From an uncultured virus (IMG/VR IMGVR_UViG_3300006204_000270) (Duplodnaviria; Heunggongvirae; Uroviricota; Caudoviricetes): a DNA stretch of 64,000 nt. Of this stretch, positions 37,337 to 47,595 are shown one piece after another (position 1 is the stretch's first letter; each line of letters starts with the position of its first letter). Under the pieces are notes generated by a model. That model was not told the DNA's origin. It worked only from the letters and a program-made list of their open reading frames with translations, and did no database searches. The translations under genes and the position numbers were made by a program. The stretch lies in IMG/VR virus record IMGVR_UViG_3300006204_000270; one strand, given 5' to 3'.

Positions 37337-40300
37337 ACGCCAGCTCTCCCTCCTCGTAGATTTCGCTCTGGATAATCTTCATCAGCACGGGCTTGAGGTT
37401 GTCTTGCAGGATTTCCAGAATGCTTTCCTTGTCCGCTTTGCTGCCGCCCGTGACATCAATGGCCCCGCTGCCCGCGACTTCAAGCAGAATGCGCCGCACC
37501 TGCTCCTCTGCGGTTTTCCTGCCGCTGCTGCCAGTGTCGCCCCCGGCAAAAACCTGTAGCGGCTGCCGCTTGTCGTTGAGCGCCGCAATCAGCCTGTCGG
37601 TTTCCTCTGTCGGGAATACCGTGCTGCCCTGCTGCCCAACGATAAGCTCCGGGCCGTTGTCGCCTGCGATAAATGCGCCCGTGCTGTTTGTGGTGCCGTT
37701 GGCATATGCGTCCACCGTCCGCATGATAAGCTCCGGCCCCTCCTCGCCAGCCACAAAAGCGCTCTCGGCGTTGGTGGTGCCGTTCGCGTGGCCGGGGACG
37801 GTGCCGCTGGAATTGACCCGCACATTGACCGTCGTATTTGCGCTGGAAAGCGCCGCCGTTACCGCATTGGCTACTTCCTGCGCCGCCGCGACTGCGTTGG
37901 TCTTTCCGGCCCGGATTTGGTTTGCGTAGGCGCTGATGGTCGCCGTGGCGCTGGCCGCCGCCTCGTCGCTGAGGTTCATGTCTTGGACGGTGGCCTGCAT
38001 CTCCTGCTCGATAGCGTCCATCTGGGCGGTAAAGTCCGTCACCCAATCCGCCGTCATTGCAGCCACTTCCTGCTGCCGGGCGCTGACCTCTCCGACCGTG
38101 TTGGCAAGGGCCGCGACGGCCTCTGTGTCGCCGCTCTGAATGGCCTGCGCCATGCTGGCCGCCAGCCCTGCGGCCTGTTCGCTGCCGTCCTGCGCGTAGG
38201 CCATCAGTGCCTCGTAATTTTCCTGTGTAATGCCCAAATCCTCTGCCGAGGTATTTTTCAGCACTTCCACGTTGGCGAGGTAGTTGTCCCAATACGCGAG
38301 CTGACTGTCGAGCGCCGCCTGCGCATTTGCGACGGTGGCCTCCATGTCCGCCTGTGCCTCGTCGAATAGTCCAAACTGCCCCTCAAAGCTCTCAAGGGCC
38401 GCTTGATACGCCTCGTCGTAGGCTGCACATAGTTCCTCTACCTTTTCCCTCACGCCGTCGTAGGCGGTTGCTACGGCCTCTTGGTAGGTGGCCGGGGCCT
38501 CTGCCGCCTCCGCCTCTGCCTCCGCAACATCGGCCCACCCCTGTTCGATTTCAGCGATAAGCGCGTTGTTTTCCGCCTCTGCCGCCTGTAGCTGTTCCAG
38601 CGCGTCCTTGTAGGCGTTGAGGTCGTCCCATTCGCCGCCCGTCCAAAAGTGATCCCAATCACTCATATTATCCATGCGCTCTTGTTCGAGCCGCACGTTT
38701 TCCGTGGCCTTTGCGATTTCCGCCTCAAGCTCCGCCTGCTTTTGCAATGCCTCGACGTAGCTTTCCCGTGCCTGCTGCTGTCTGGCCGCCTCTGCCTCCT
38801 GCTCGCAGGCATGTTTCATGGCCGCCACATAGTCGTCTGTACTGAGGGTGGCGTTGTCTACCAGTGCCGCCAGCTCTGGGTAGCTCTGGGCGAGCTGCTG
38901 GTTGACTGCTTCAAGCTGCTTTTCCTGCGCTGCGGTGAGGTTCGCCTGCGAGGACAAATCCTCGTATTTCTGGATTAGGGCCAACGCCCCGACTTCCTGC
39001 GCCCGAATTTCTGTCATAGAGCTGTCGAATGCCTCGGAAACTTGCCCCACGCTCTCGCACAGCGCGTCCACCTCTGCGGTGAACTCCTCTACGGTCTGCC
39101 TGTTGGCCTCGAACGCTGCTGAAAGGTCGTCCACCTGATACTTGAGCCGCAGCGCCTCCTCCGAGGTTTCCCCGTACTTCTCGCAGGCCTCCTCATACTC
39201 TGCGTTGAGGTCTTGCAGCTCGTAATACTGCTGCCGGGTGACGGCGGTCATGCCCTCCGTCGCCCCCATATCCTCTTGGAAAGCGTCTACGAGGAAAAGA
39301 ACTGCCGCCGTAACCGCTGCAATCGCTGCTGCTATGGCCGTAATGGGCCAGATAGCTACAGATAGGGTGGTGCCGAATAGGGCCGTTGCTGCCGTTGCTA
39401 TTGCTGTCCCTGCGGTGTAGAGCGCAAACCCAGCCACCACCACGCCAATTCCTACCCCGATAGCGGTAATGGCCTTTGTGACGGCTGGGTGTTCGTTTAG
39501 GAATGTCCCTATTCCGTTTACCATTCCGGCCAGTCCACTTGAAATCCCGTCGAGGGAGGGCTGTATCGCGCTGGTAAAGGCAGTGCTGATGTTGTTGCTT
39601 GCCTGCGTCCACTTTTGGTCGAGGGTCTGCGCCGTGGCTGCTGTACTTGAGAGCGTTCCGCTGGCGACCTCAAGGGAGCCTGTCAGCGTGTCTACGCTGA
39701 TCGCCCCGCTGCGGATGGCGTTCGCCATATCCACGCCTGCCCTGCTGCCGAACGTCTCCACCGCGAGGGCGGTCGCGTCTGCCGTGCTCTCCATGTTCGC
39801 GATCTCACTGATTACCGACTGTAGCGCCGTCCCTGCGTCCAGACCATCGTCCGAGAAGTTTTTGACGGCGGTACGCATAGCGGTGATGGCCGTCGTCCCG
39901 GTCATTCCGTATAGTTCGAGCTGTGCCAACAGGGAAATTGCATTATCCAGCGATAGCCCCATCTCTTGGAAAGAGGCCGCGCCTGTAATGAGGTTGCTGC
40001 TCAAGGTGTCTACGGAGATACCAGAGATTTGTCCAGCGTAGGCCAGCTTGTCGAGGACGCTCTCTACATTGCTGCCCTCCACACCCCACTTGTTCATAAT
40101 CTTGGTGACGTTCTGCACCGAGCCAACGACGTTCGTTCCCGTGATGTTCGCATAGTCGAGGAACTTTCCCGTAACGTCGGTCAGCTCCTCCCCGGTAAGA
40201 GCCATGCGGGTGTTGATTTCTCCGATGGCTCCTGCCGTGTCGTCAAGGCTGCCAGATTTGCTTGCGGCGTATGCGTCCATCATGCTCTTTGTAAGCCCGT

Positions 40301-41216
40301 CCAGGGCCGCTCCGCTGGCCCCGGTCGCCTTTACTACGGTGCTTTCTGCCTCCGAGAATGCGTCCACCAGTTCATATACACCCTCTGCAATCTCTTTCAG
40401 CTTTGCGGTAATGCCTGCCGCCGCCAGCGCCGTCGCAACGCTCTCTACTGCGTTGACGCTCTTTTTACCGCCCTCCTCGGCCTCCTGCGCGGCTTGTTCG
40501 GTCGCCTTGGACAATTCCTCTGTCGCACTGCTGGCCTTGCTGTTGGCCTCTGAAAGGGCCTCCGCAGCGTGTCCGGCCCGCTCTGCCGCGCTTTCCAGCG
40601 TGTCGAGGTCTGTGGTGCCGGAGGCGATTACACTGTCGTATGCCTCCATTGCGGCTGCGGCCTCCTCCTGTGCCACAGAAAGATTGCTCATAGCCTCTGC
40701 TGCGTCAACACTTGCCTTTGCAAGGGCCGCCTTTGCCTCTGCCGAAACGTCCTCATTTTTTGCAAGCTCTGCCGCAGTAGTTGCCGCCTCGTCCATTGCC
40801 GCGCTCAAGTCGCTCTGGATTTCCGCCGTGGCCTCCATGCTCTTGGCAAGCTCGCTGGCCGCCCGCTCGCAGACCTCAAACATCTGCCCCTGTTCCTGTA
40901 GTGCGTCTGCCGTCTTGTAGCCCTGCTCAACAAGCTCCTCCGTAGTATAAAGGGCCTCCAACATTCCTTTGTCATAGTTGCCGACGGCCTCCGTCCAATG
41001 GTCTGTCTGCTGTGCTATGTCCGCAATCGAGGTTGCCACGCCGTCTACGCTCGACACAACCGAGGACGCGCTGCCCTCCATTCCGTCGAACGCCGCACTT
41101 GCTACGTCTCCGGCCCGCTCGAACTGCTCGACCATCGACATTCCGGCTTGCGCAATACTTTCTATTCTGTCGCTAATTTTATCCTCTGCGCTGAATTTCG
41201 CGGTTAAGTCCGGCAT
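37326..41216 (-). CDS. Tape measure protein
   Basis: 1296 aa, Ala-rich and helical with a hydrophobic core and twin A.GT...AGE.GPELI motifs. Confidence 0.9.
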   Translation of the reverse strand: MPDLTAKFSAEDKISDRIESIAQAGMSMVEQFERAGDVASAAFDGMEGSASSVVSSVDGVATSIADIAQQTDHWTEAVGNYDKGMLEALYTTEELVEQGYKTADALQEQGQMFEVCERAASELAKSMEATAEIQSDLSAAMDEAATTAAELAKNEDVSAEAKAALAKASVDAAEAMSNLSVAQEEAAAAMEAYDSVIASGTTDLDTLESAAERAGHAAEALSEANSKASSATEELSKATEQAAQEAEEGGKKSVNAVESVATALAAAGITAKLKEIAEGVYELVDAFSEAESTVVKATGASGAALDGLTKSMMDAYAASKSGSLDDTAGAIGEINTRMALTGEELTDVTGKFLDYANITGTNVVGSVQNVTKIMNKWGVEGSNVESVLDKLAYAGQISGISVDTLSSNLITGAASFQEMGLSLDNAISLLAQLELYGMTGTTAITAMRTAVKNFSDDGLDAGTALQSVISEIANMESTADATALAVETFGSRAGVDMANAIRSGAISVDTLTGSLEVASGTLSSTAATAQTLDQKWTQASNNISTAFTSAIQPSLDGISSGLAGMVNGIGTFLNEHPAVTKAITAIGVGIGVVVAGFALYTAGTAIATAATALFGTTLSVAIWPITAIAAAIAAVTAAVLFLVDAFQEDMGATEGMTAVTRQQYYELQDLNAEYEEACEKYGETSEEALRLKYQVDDLSAAFEANRQTVEEFTAEVDALCESVGQVSEAFDSSMTEIRAQEVGALALIQKYEDLSSQANLTAAQEKQLEAVNQQLAQSYPELAALVDNATLSTDDYVAAMKHACEQEAEAARQQQARESYVEALQKQAELEAEIAKATENVRLEQERMDNMSDWDHFWTGGEWDDLNAYKDALEQLQAAEAENNALIAEIEQGWADVAEAEAEAAEAPATYQEAVATAYDGVREKVEELCAAYDEAYQAALESFEGQFGLFDEAQADMEATVANAQAALDSQLAYWDNYLANVEVLKNTSAEDLGITQENYEALMAYAQDGSEQAAGLAASMAQAIQSGDTEAVAALANTVGEVSARQQEVAAMTADWVTDFTAQMDAIEQEMQATVQDMNLSDEAAASATATISAYANQIRAGKTNAVAAAQEVANAVTAALSSANTTVNVRVNSSGTVPGHANGTTNAESAFVAGEEGPELIMRTVDAYANGTTNSTGAFIAGDNGPELIVGQQGSTVFPTEETDRLIAALNDKRQPLQVFAGGDTGSSGRKTAEEQVRRILLEVAGSGAIDVTGGSKADKESILEILQDNLKPVLMKIIQSEIYEEGELAYDF

Positions 41217-41250
41217 CTCTCCACCCCCTCTTGCCGTCGGTTAGATATGA

Positions 41251-41280
41251 AAAGGGCCTCGCAAAAGCTGCGAGGCCCAA
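41251..41280. terminator. Terminator closing the moron
   Basis: GGGCCTCGCA-loop-TGCGAGGCCC followed by Ts on the minus strand. Confidence 0.7.
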
Positions 41281-41306
41281 ACCTGTCGTATTCAGTTTTC
41301 CCACCC

Positions 41307-41843
41307 TCAAAGCTCAATCGTGCTGCGCTTTTGAGTGTGGGTCTGCTGGAAGTCCTTTACCACCTTTGAAGCGAAAGTGCCGCTTGCGGCTGTGTCGAGC
41401 GTAATGCTCTTGCTTTTCCCCTCGCTGGTGTATGAGATAACGAGCCGGGGACTGATGGCCGCGAGAGCGCCGACTGTTGCGCCTGCCGCTCCACCTAAGA
41501 CATATTTCCCCGTGGCTGCGCCCGCCATTGCTTTTCGTGCGCTGCCCTCGCCTGTCACAAGGTCAATCGCCGTAACCTTTTCCCTCGCCACGGCGATCTC
41601 CTGCCCGCCCTTTTTGAATGTGATTTTGTCCGGGCCGTAGTACATCTCCACGGGGAGGTCTTTCGCAATGGGGAGGCCGCTGATGTGCTTGAGCGTTGCG
41701 CTCATGGTGGCTCCCAGCCTTTTCTCGATGGCAGTTGTCGCCCGCTTGTTTGCTTTGGCCTTTTTGTACCCGCGATAGCTGATGAACAAAAGCCCGCCGC
41801 AGAACACGGCAATAATTACGGCTGCAATAATTGCGTCTCCCAT
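41307..41843 (-). CDS. Membrane-anchored moron protein
   Basis: N-terminal TM segment and Gly/Ala-rich segment. Confidence 0.65.
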   Translation of the reverse strand: MGDAIIAAVIIAVFCGGLLFISYRGYKKAKANKRATTAIEKRLGATMSATLKHISGLPIAKDLPVEMYYGPDKITFKKGGQEIAVAREKVTAIDLVTGEGSARKAMAGAATGKYVLGGAAGATVGALAAISPRLVISYTSEGKSKSITLDTAASGTFASKVVKDFQQTHTQKRSTIEL

Positions 41844-41879
41844 TTCTGCATTCCTCCTGCTTGTGGTTAGTGTAATGGC

Positions 41880-42320
41880 TTATGGCGTTATCTCAATGAT
41901 GGGCTTTTCCCGCTCCGCTCTCTGCGCCCAGCACCTCGTCCCTTTGCCCCAATCGGCTAAAAACCCATGCAGGCCCGGCGGTAACGGTTCCTCACGCAGC
42001 TCCATGTACTCTCCCTCTGCGGCCTCCTCGCTCTTGTTTGGATAGCCTGCGGGGACATGGCCTGCGCGAGAGGGGAAAATGCTGCCTATGCTATAAAGCG
42101 CAAAAAATCGGGCCAGCGTCGTGTCCTCTCCGATGAATACCATGAGATAGTCCCGGCCTTTGGAAAATCCCGCTTTCTGCATGGCGGTGTATTCCTTGAT
42201 AAATCCGGCCTCTTGCGCCGCTTGGAAACGCTTGTTTCCGGGCGCATGACGTATGAGTATCACGTCTTTCGGGTCTATCATCATGGCCTGTAAAACGTCG
42301 CTCACATACTCATACATCAC
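41880..42320 (-). CDS. Hypothetical moron protein (resembles the N-terminal domain of some GIY-YIG proteins)
   Basis: LIRH...YTAMQ...FIGE...DWGKGTRCWAQ; no nuclease motif. Confidence 0.5.
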   Translation of the reverse strand: MMYEYVSDVLQAMMIDPKDVILIRHAPGNKRFQAAQEAGFIKEYTAMQKAGFSKGRDYLMVFIGEDTTLARFFALYSIGSIFPSRAGHVPAGYPNKSEEAAEGEYMELREEPLPPGLHGFLADWGKGTRCWAQRAEREKPIIEITP

Positions 42321-42335
42321 GCAGCCCTCCGCTCG

Positions 42336-42854
42336 TCAGAGAACGATTTTCTTATACTTGTATTCCCAGAAATAGCCCCCGGCGCGTTTCTGCTTTCCCC
42401 GCAGGCAAGCGTTGATACAAGAGGCCGCTATTCCTGTCGCCCTTGCTGCTGCGCTCTGGCCGGGGTACTCCGCCACGACTTTCCCTGTCCGGGGGTCTAT
42501 CTGTATGATGGGCGTTCTGCTGCCGTTCTTTGCCGCCGCTCTCGCTGTCCTGCTGCCGTAGTTGGTGTTCTCCTCTGCGGTGGCCCATTCGAGATTTTTG
42601 ACCCGGTTGTTTTCCGGGTTTTCGTCCCGATGGTTCACCTGCGGCTTTCCCTCCGGGTTTGGGATAAAGGCAGTCGCTACAATCCTATGCAGGCGGTGTG
42701 ACCGCCTTACCCCGTCTTTTCCGACAAGGGAAATCTGCATATACCCATGCTTCTTCTTTGTCGGTTCCACAATCCGTATGCGCCGCACCCTGCCGAGATT
42801 GCTGACCTCATAAAGGCCCTCGTACCCGACGACTGGCCGCCATTTTTCCTGCAT
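42336..42854 (-). CDS. NUMOD4-HNH homing endonuclease
   Basis: WRPVVGYEGLYEVSNLGRVR; HRIVA.AF; VNHRDEN..NN...NLEW; C-terminal NUMOD1-like HTH. Confidence 0.9.
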   Translation of the reverse strand: MQEKWRPVVGYEGLYEVSNLGRVRRIRIVEPTKKKHGYMQISLVGKDGVRRSHRLHRIVATAFIPNPEGKPQVNHRDENPENNRVKNLEWATAEENTNYGSRTARAAAKNGSRTPIIQIDPRTGKVVAEYPGQSAAARATGIAASCINACLRGKQKRAGGYFWEYKYKKIVL

Positions 42855-42887
42855 TGCAGCACCTCCAAATGCTTAAACTCTATTTTA

Positions 42888-42906
42888 CCCCCCCCCCCCC
42901 CCCCCC
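42888..42906. repeat. C19 homopolymer abutting a minus-strand TAAAAT -10 box
   Basis: Direct read of the sequence. Confidence 0.8.
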
Positions 42907-42973
42907 GCCCCCACTCTGCCCTCTTCATGTGGTTGGTTCTCGTCTCTGACTATTGTCTCTTCGAATCCTGCAC

Positions 42974-43617
42974 TTATGACTTCGCCCGGAGCGTGTCGTG
43001 TCTCACGGGCCTTTCGTCCTCCTCAAGCTCCGACGCAATATAGAGGAGCTGTATCTCCCTCGGCATTTGGTAAAAGTCCTCCATGCGGAGGTCGTGCCTC
43101 TGCCATAGGACGTGCGCCCAATATCCGTCGGTGCCTTTGGAGGTTACGAGTTTTTTGCCGCCTCAAGCTCCTCGTCGTCGTTCACCGGGCTTGCGAGGCC
43201 GAGGGCCTGCATGACGATTTTGGAGACGTGCTGGTACTCGTCCGCCCGGAAAAAGACCTTGAGCGGCATATCCGTCACGTCCACGCACTTGAAATGCGCC
43301 ATCAGCTCCGGGTCTTTGAGGTTCGGGAATTGCAGCGCCTCCACGATAAGGTGCCGGGACGCTCTGGCGCTGTCCTTTTCGGTTTTCCACACCACCTCGC
43401 CCATAGCGATAAGGGGGTTGCCCTTTTTGTCCGTCGCCATGCTCCGCTTGCGGTAGGCCTCATTGATCTTGTTGATCTCCTCCTGCGAAAGCACCTTGAT
43501 CTCGAACGGGATAATTTCGCCGTTCTCGTCCCGAATGCTGTCCAGCCCCGGCGCGGTCACGACTTCCGGCTCCATGCTCCGCATGAAATACTTGAGGTTC
43601 TTCTTGTTGTCTGCCAT
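42974..43617 (-). CDS. Tail assembly chaperone (43144-43617) with -1 frameshift extension to 42974
   Basis: XkdN-like position; A AAA AAC slippery site at 43150-43156; open -1 frame (..WAHVLWQRHDLRMEDFY..). Confidence 0.8.
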
Positions 43618-43687
43618 GATATATACTCCCTTTCAAAAATTAAGTAACGGCCCCCTCCGCCCGGAGAGGGCCGCCCTGTCCTGCTGC

Positions 43688-44116
43688 TTACAGAATGTCT
43701 TTGGCGTTGAACGAGATCGCGTCCTCCACCACGTCGCCCCCGCTGTCGAGCATGGTGAGCGGCAAGTCCCCGGTGAGGACGCAGCCCACGCACGTCACAG
43801 TGTTGGAGCCGTACTGCTTGTAGAAGTCGCTGTTCTTGTCCTCCATAACCCCTTGGATAGTCATTTCCGGGGTTTCGTGGCTCTGCTGGTACTCCTTGAT
43901 TTTCTCCTCAAGCCACTTGGAGGAGCGCCGCCGGGTGATGGTGCCAGTGATAGAGTAGCCCAGCCAACGGCTGCTGGGGGTCAGCTCTCCGAGCTGCCGC
44001 CCCGTCCAAACGTCCGGGGTCATTTTGATTTCGCACTTAATGCTGTCCGCAATCTCTACCCCGTCCAGATAGACGTGGCCCTCGCGGAGCGAAATCGGCG
44101 CGTGATTGTATTCCAT
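43688..44116 (-). CDS. Tail tube protein (XkdM-like)
   Basis: 142 aa directly after the sheath. Confidence 0.85.
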   Translation of the reverse strand: MEYNHAPISLREGHVYLDGVEIADSIKCEIKMTPDVWTGRQLGELTPSSRWLGYSITGTITRRRSSKWLEEKIKEYQQSHETPEMTIQGVMEDKNSDFYKQYGSNTVTCVGCVLTGDLPLTMLDSGGDVVEDAISFNAKDIL

Positions 44117-44133
44117 TGCTCAGTCCTCCTCCC

Positions 44134-45528
44134 TTATCTCGTAGTGATGGTAAAGTACAGCTTTTCGGCGCTGTCCACGGCCTGCAAGCCTACGTTGAAG
44201 TAGGTTTCGTCGTCTACGCTGCTCTCCCGGTCTACGAGGAAATCCTCATCATAGGACACGTTCGTAATGGCCTCCGCGTCCTCGAACTGGCGGAGAATGG
44301 TCTTGCCAATCCCCTCCATGATGTCCCAGCCCCTCGCGTTGTTGTTGAACTTGTTGGGCGGGAAGTTGAGCTGCACGGCCTCTTGGAACGTGTCGTACAC
44401 CCGGATAACCCGGTTTTTGCGGTAGCTCTTGTCTTTCTTGTCTGCGAACGTGGTGAGGCTGTTGATGTCGTACTCCACGACGATCTCCCTGTCCTCGTTG
44501 ACGGAGAAGAAAAACTCGCCCGCATTGATGGCCGCGATAGCCTCCTCGTTGCTCTTGGGGTCTACGACGGCGGTGGCCCCGGCGTACTGCTTGTAGGTGA
44601 GGCTTTCGGTGTTGGTGGCCCCGGCTGTCGCTCCGGCTACCCAAGCGCAAACCTCCGCATGAGAGAGGTTGTCGCCGTCGAGGGAGACGCTGTTGGTGAC
44701 ATTGATAACCCCCTCGTAGTCCATACCGCCTGCGTCCGGCATGACGACCTGTACCCCTTTGCCCATGCTGTCGCGCATATACCTGATTTTGGTGAGCGCC
44801 GCCTGCTTGACGTTCTGGGCCTCCTCCCCGTTGAACGGGAAACAGACCGTATGGAACTTCACCTTTTCCCATGCGTCGATGAAGTCCGTAATGTCCGTGT
44901 TGGTGGCCTCCTCGTCCTCGCCACCTGTGAGGTTCGTCCCGGCGGCCTCTCCGAGCTTGCCTGCGCCGCTGAACGTGATGTAGGGGTTGCCCTGTGCAAT
45001 CAGCTCCTCCACCGTGTTCAGCCCCTCGTACTCTGTGACCTTTCCGCCGTCGAGGTGGATAAGCACATCATAGCCGCCCAGCGGGTTCGCGTCCAGCGTG
45101 ACGGTAAAGGCGTTGCCCCGGCTGCCGCCGTGCTTTGCTGCGGCGGTGAGGGTGTTGGTGGTAGCCCCCGCCTCCTCGCTCTCCGCCGGGACGCTCATGG
45201 TGATCTCCGCCTGCGCCTTTTTGCCCTCCGTGAGGATATAGACGTAGACGGTGGTGGCCCGCTTGAAAGCCTCCCGGATAAGCAACATCTGGCGGTTGGG
45301 GTCGCTGTCGTAAATGCTGTACCCCAGCGTGGCCGCCTCCGCGTCCGGGCTGGCGTTCGTCAGCCGGATAAACTGCTTTGCCGGGCCATAGGCCGCTTTG
45401 GGTAACGGGACAATGACCGTGCCTCGCGTCCCTGCGCTGAGAATGTCGGTTTCCCTGCCGCTCTCGAAGTTGATATACGTCCCCGGTCGTACCTTGCCGA
45501 CCAGCTTGTCAAATCTTCCTCCGGCCAT
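44134..45528 (-). CDS. Tail sheath protein (XkdK-like)
   Basis: K.RPGTYINF, WVAGATAGA, YDINSLTT, KNRVIRVYD. Confidence 0.92.
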   Translation of the reverse strand: MAGGRFDKLVGKVRPGTYINFESGRETDILSAGTRGTVIVPLPKAAYGPAKQFIRLTNASPDAEAATLGYSIYDSDPNRQMLLIREAFKRATTVYVYILTEGKKAQAEITMSVPAESEEAGATTNTLTAAAKHGGSRGNAFTVTLDANPLGGYDVLIHLDGGKVTEYEGLNTVEELIAQGNPYITFSGAGKLGEAAGTNLTGGEDEEATNTDITDFIDAWEKVKFHTVCFPFNGEEAQNVKQAALTKIRYMRDSMGKGVQVVMPDAGGMDYEGVINVTNSVSLDGDNLSHAEVCAWVAGATAGATNTESLTYKQYAGATAVVDPKSNEEAIAAINAGEFFFSVNEDREIVVEYDINSLTTFADKKDKSYRKNRVIRVYDTFQEAVQLNFPPNKFNNNARGWDIMEGIGKTILRQFEDAEAITNVSYDEDFLVDRESSVDDETYFNVGLQAVDSAEKLYFTITTR

Positions 45529-45529
45529 C

Positions 45530-45739
45530 TTACTTCACCCCTTTCTTTTTCCATGCCTCGATGTGCGCCCGCATTTCCTCGACGGTATACTTCTCCGTCA
45601 GGCCGTAGGTCGCTCCATCAAAGGTGCTGGTAGAAACGCCGAAAAGCCTCCGGCAGTTCAGCCGCAGCTTTTCCAGCGTGAATTTCGGCGCAGCTCCGGC
45701 TTTGGCCGGGGCCTCTGCGCCTTTGGTCTTGCTCGTCAT
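45530..45739 (-). CDS. Small conserved tail-region protein
   Basis: 69 aa before the sheath. Confidence 0.6.
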   Translation of the reverse strand: MTSKTKGAEAPAKAGAAPKFTLEKLRLNCRRLFGVSTSTFDGATYGLTEKYTVEEMRAHIEAWKKKGVK

Positions 45740-45752
45740 ATCGTGTCCTCCT

Positions 45753-46292
45753 TTACTCCGGCTGCCCGCCGGGTTCCTGTGTGGGGATTGCGTACTGTTC
45801 CAGCGCCTCCGCGTATGTGTCCGAGATCGTCTTACCCGACTTCATAAACACGTCGAGGCTGAACGCCTGCGCCCTGTCTACGGCCTCTGTGGTGTCGTTG
45901 TACGGCCTCCGGCTCCGCCAGCTCATGGTAAGCTGCGCGGCCCCGTCGTCCAGCACTTTCAGCTTTGGGTCATTCACCCGCACCCATTCGCCCTCGATTT
46001 CGCCGCCGTCCTGTGCTATGAGCGGTATGAGGTTCCGCCCCGCCCGTATCGCCTGCAAGACTGCGCTCCCGGCGGAGTACGCGCCCTGCCCCGTCCTGTG
46101 GAATAGCTTGATATACCATACAAAGTCCGTCCAGTAGGTGAGGAATGTCTCGCCCCCTGTGTCCAGCTCTGGCGTAGGGAAGTAGGCCGCTGGAATGGAA
46201 AAGTGCCGGGGGACGTTCCAGTAGTACGGGGACGGCCCTCCGGCGCGGTCGAGAACGTATTTGATTATGCTCGCCATCTCCTGCTCAAGCAA
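45753..46292 (-). CDS. Tail terminator/completion protein
   Basis: Synteny. Confidence 0.6.
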   Translation of the reverse strand: MLEQEMASIIKYVLDRAGGPSPYYWNVPRHFSIPAAYFPTPELDTGGETFLTYWTDFVWYIKLFHRTGQGAYSAGSAVLQAIRAGRNLIPLIAQDGGEIEGEWVRVNDPKLKVLDDGAAQLTMSWRSRRPYNDTTEAVDRAQAFSLDVFMKSGKTISDTYAEALEQYAIPTQEPGGQPE

Positions 46293-46304
46293 TTTCCCAC
46301 CCCC

Positions 46305-46820
46305 TTATCCGCCAAAGTATTTGTCAATCCATTCTTGGAGCTTTGCCTCTGCGCTTGCTTGGAAAATCTTCTCGAAAATGCGCAGTGCGCTCTCGAAGTA
46401 GTGCTTGCCCTCCACCCAATGCTGTTTCAGCAGCATTCCGGTTTCGGCTCCGGGGTCATAAATAAAGCGGTCGCCCTCCCAATACCCCGGCACCCAGCGC
46501 CGCGCTACCCCTTTGGTGTTCGTCCAATGTCCGTCGTTCACATACCCCGCGTAGCTCAAGTTTGTCCCCACTTCCAGCGTGAGGCCCCCGTCGGTCAGCT
46601 CCCATACGTTCGCGTCGTTCCCTTTCTCAAAGCTGGCGAGTAAAAGCCTGCTGTCCAGCACTTTCCGCCGCACGATTTCGTCTTGGACTACTCTCAAGAA
46701 GTCAAAACCTACTGCCTCAAGATACAGCTCCATTTCCTGACGAAAATCGCCTTTCGCGGCCCTTTCCAGCCTCTCGAAAAACTCCCGGTACTCCGCCATG
46801 TCAAACTCCACCGTAGCCAT
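46305..46820 (-). CDS. HK97 gp10-like neck protein
   Basis: VGTNLSYAGYVNDGH...WVEGKHY. Confidence 0.75.
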   Translation of the reverse strand: MATVEFDMAEYREFFERLERAAKGDFRQEMELYLEAVGFDFLRVVQDEIVRRKVLDSRLLLASFEKGNDANVWELTDGGLTLEVGTNLSYAGYVNDGHWTNTKGVARRWVPGYWEGDRFIYDPGAETGMLLKQHWVEGKHYFESALRIFEKIFQASAEAKLQEWIDKYFGG

Positions 46821-47185
46821 TACAGGTGCCGCTCCTCTCCGATTTTCTTGATGTAGACGAAAAGGTGGTGGCCCCGCACGTTGACGGGCTGCTCCGCCGT
46901 GTATTCCAGCTTTGTCCCGCAGTCTACGATTTTGTCATTCAGCCGCACGTCTGTCCCGATAGGGAGGGTGAGTTTGATTTTCGCGTCCATGAGGTTCGCC
47001 GGGGCCGTCTGCGTGACAGTGACGCTGGCCGACTTCACTCCGAAATGGCAGCTCTGCCCGCCGATGTCCGGCTCCTCTGGGTAGCTGAAAGTAGGGGAGG
47101 CGGGGAGGCCGTAGCCGGGGCTGGCCGCGCTCTCCTGCGCGTGGTAGATGTCGCAGGTATGGTTGAGTAGCCTCTCTAAGCTCAT
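46820..47185 (-). CDS. Head closure protein (YqbH/XkdH-like)
   Basis: LLNHTCDIYH; synteny. Confidence 0.7.
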   Translation of the reverse strand: MSLERLLNHTCDIYHAQESAASPGYGLPASPTFSYPEEPDIGGQSCHFGVKSASVTVTQTAPANLMDAKIKLTLPIGTDVRLNDKIVDCGTKLEYTAEQPVNVRGHHLFVYIKKIGEERHL

Positions 47186-47196
47186 GCCTCCACCCC

Positions 47197-47580
47197 CTAT
47201 AGCTTTCTCATTCGCAGTGTAACCCCCTTGCGGGGTTCCGCGATAACATAGTCGTCCAGCAGCGCCGCGAGGTCTAACCCGTCAATGCTGATTTGGCTGG
47301 CCTCTGCGGTGTAGCTGTAGTCGTCGAACGTCTCCGACTTGACCTCCCGCGCTGCGATAGCGGCGTTGTGGCCGTAGGCCTCCGCCAGTATCAAAACCGC
47401 CGTTTTCACCACCTGCGGCAGCTCCTCCGCGTCCTTGAAAGAGTTGTGCGTGTATGTGATAACATACTGCTCCGCCCTCGCAATGTCCACTATGAGCCGC
47501 GTGTCGCTGCGCTGCTGCACCGCTGGCAGCTCCGAGTATTCCCGGACTTCCTCTGGCGTTACCCACGGTCTATCCGCCAT
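47197..47580 (-). CDS. Head-tail adaptor (YqbG-like)
   Basis: WVTPEEV...KSETFDDYSYT. Confidence 0.7.
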   Translation of the reverse strand: MADRPWVTPEEVREYSELPAVQQRSDTRLIVDIARAEQYVITYTHNSFKDAEELPQVVKTAVLILAEAYGHNAAIAAREVKSETFDDYSYTAEASQISIDGLDLAALLDDYVIAEPRKGVTLRMRKL

Positions 47581-47595
47581 ACCGCACCTCCCCGG

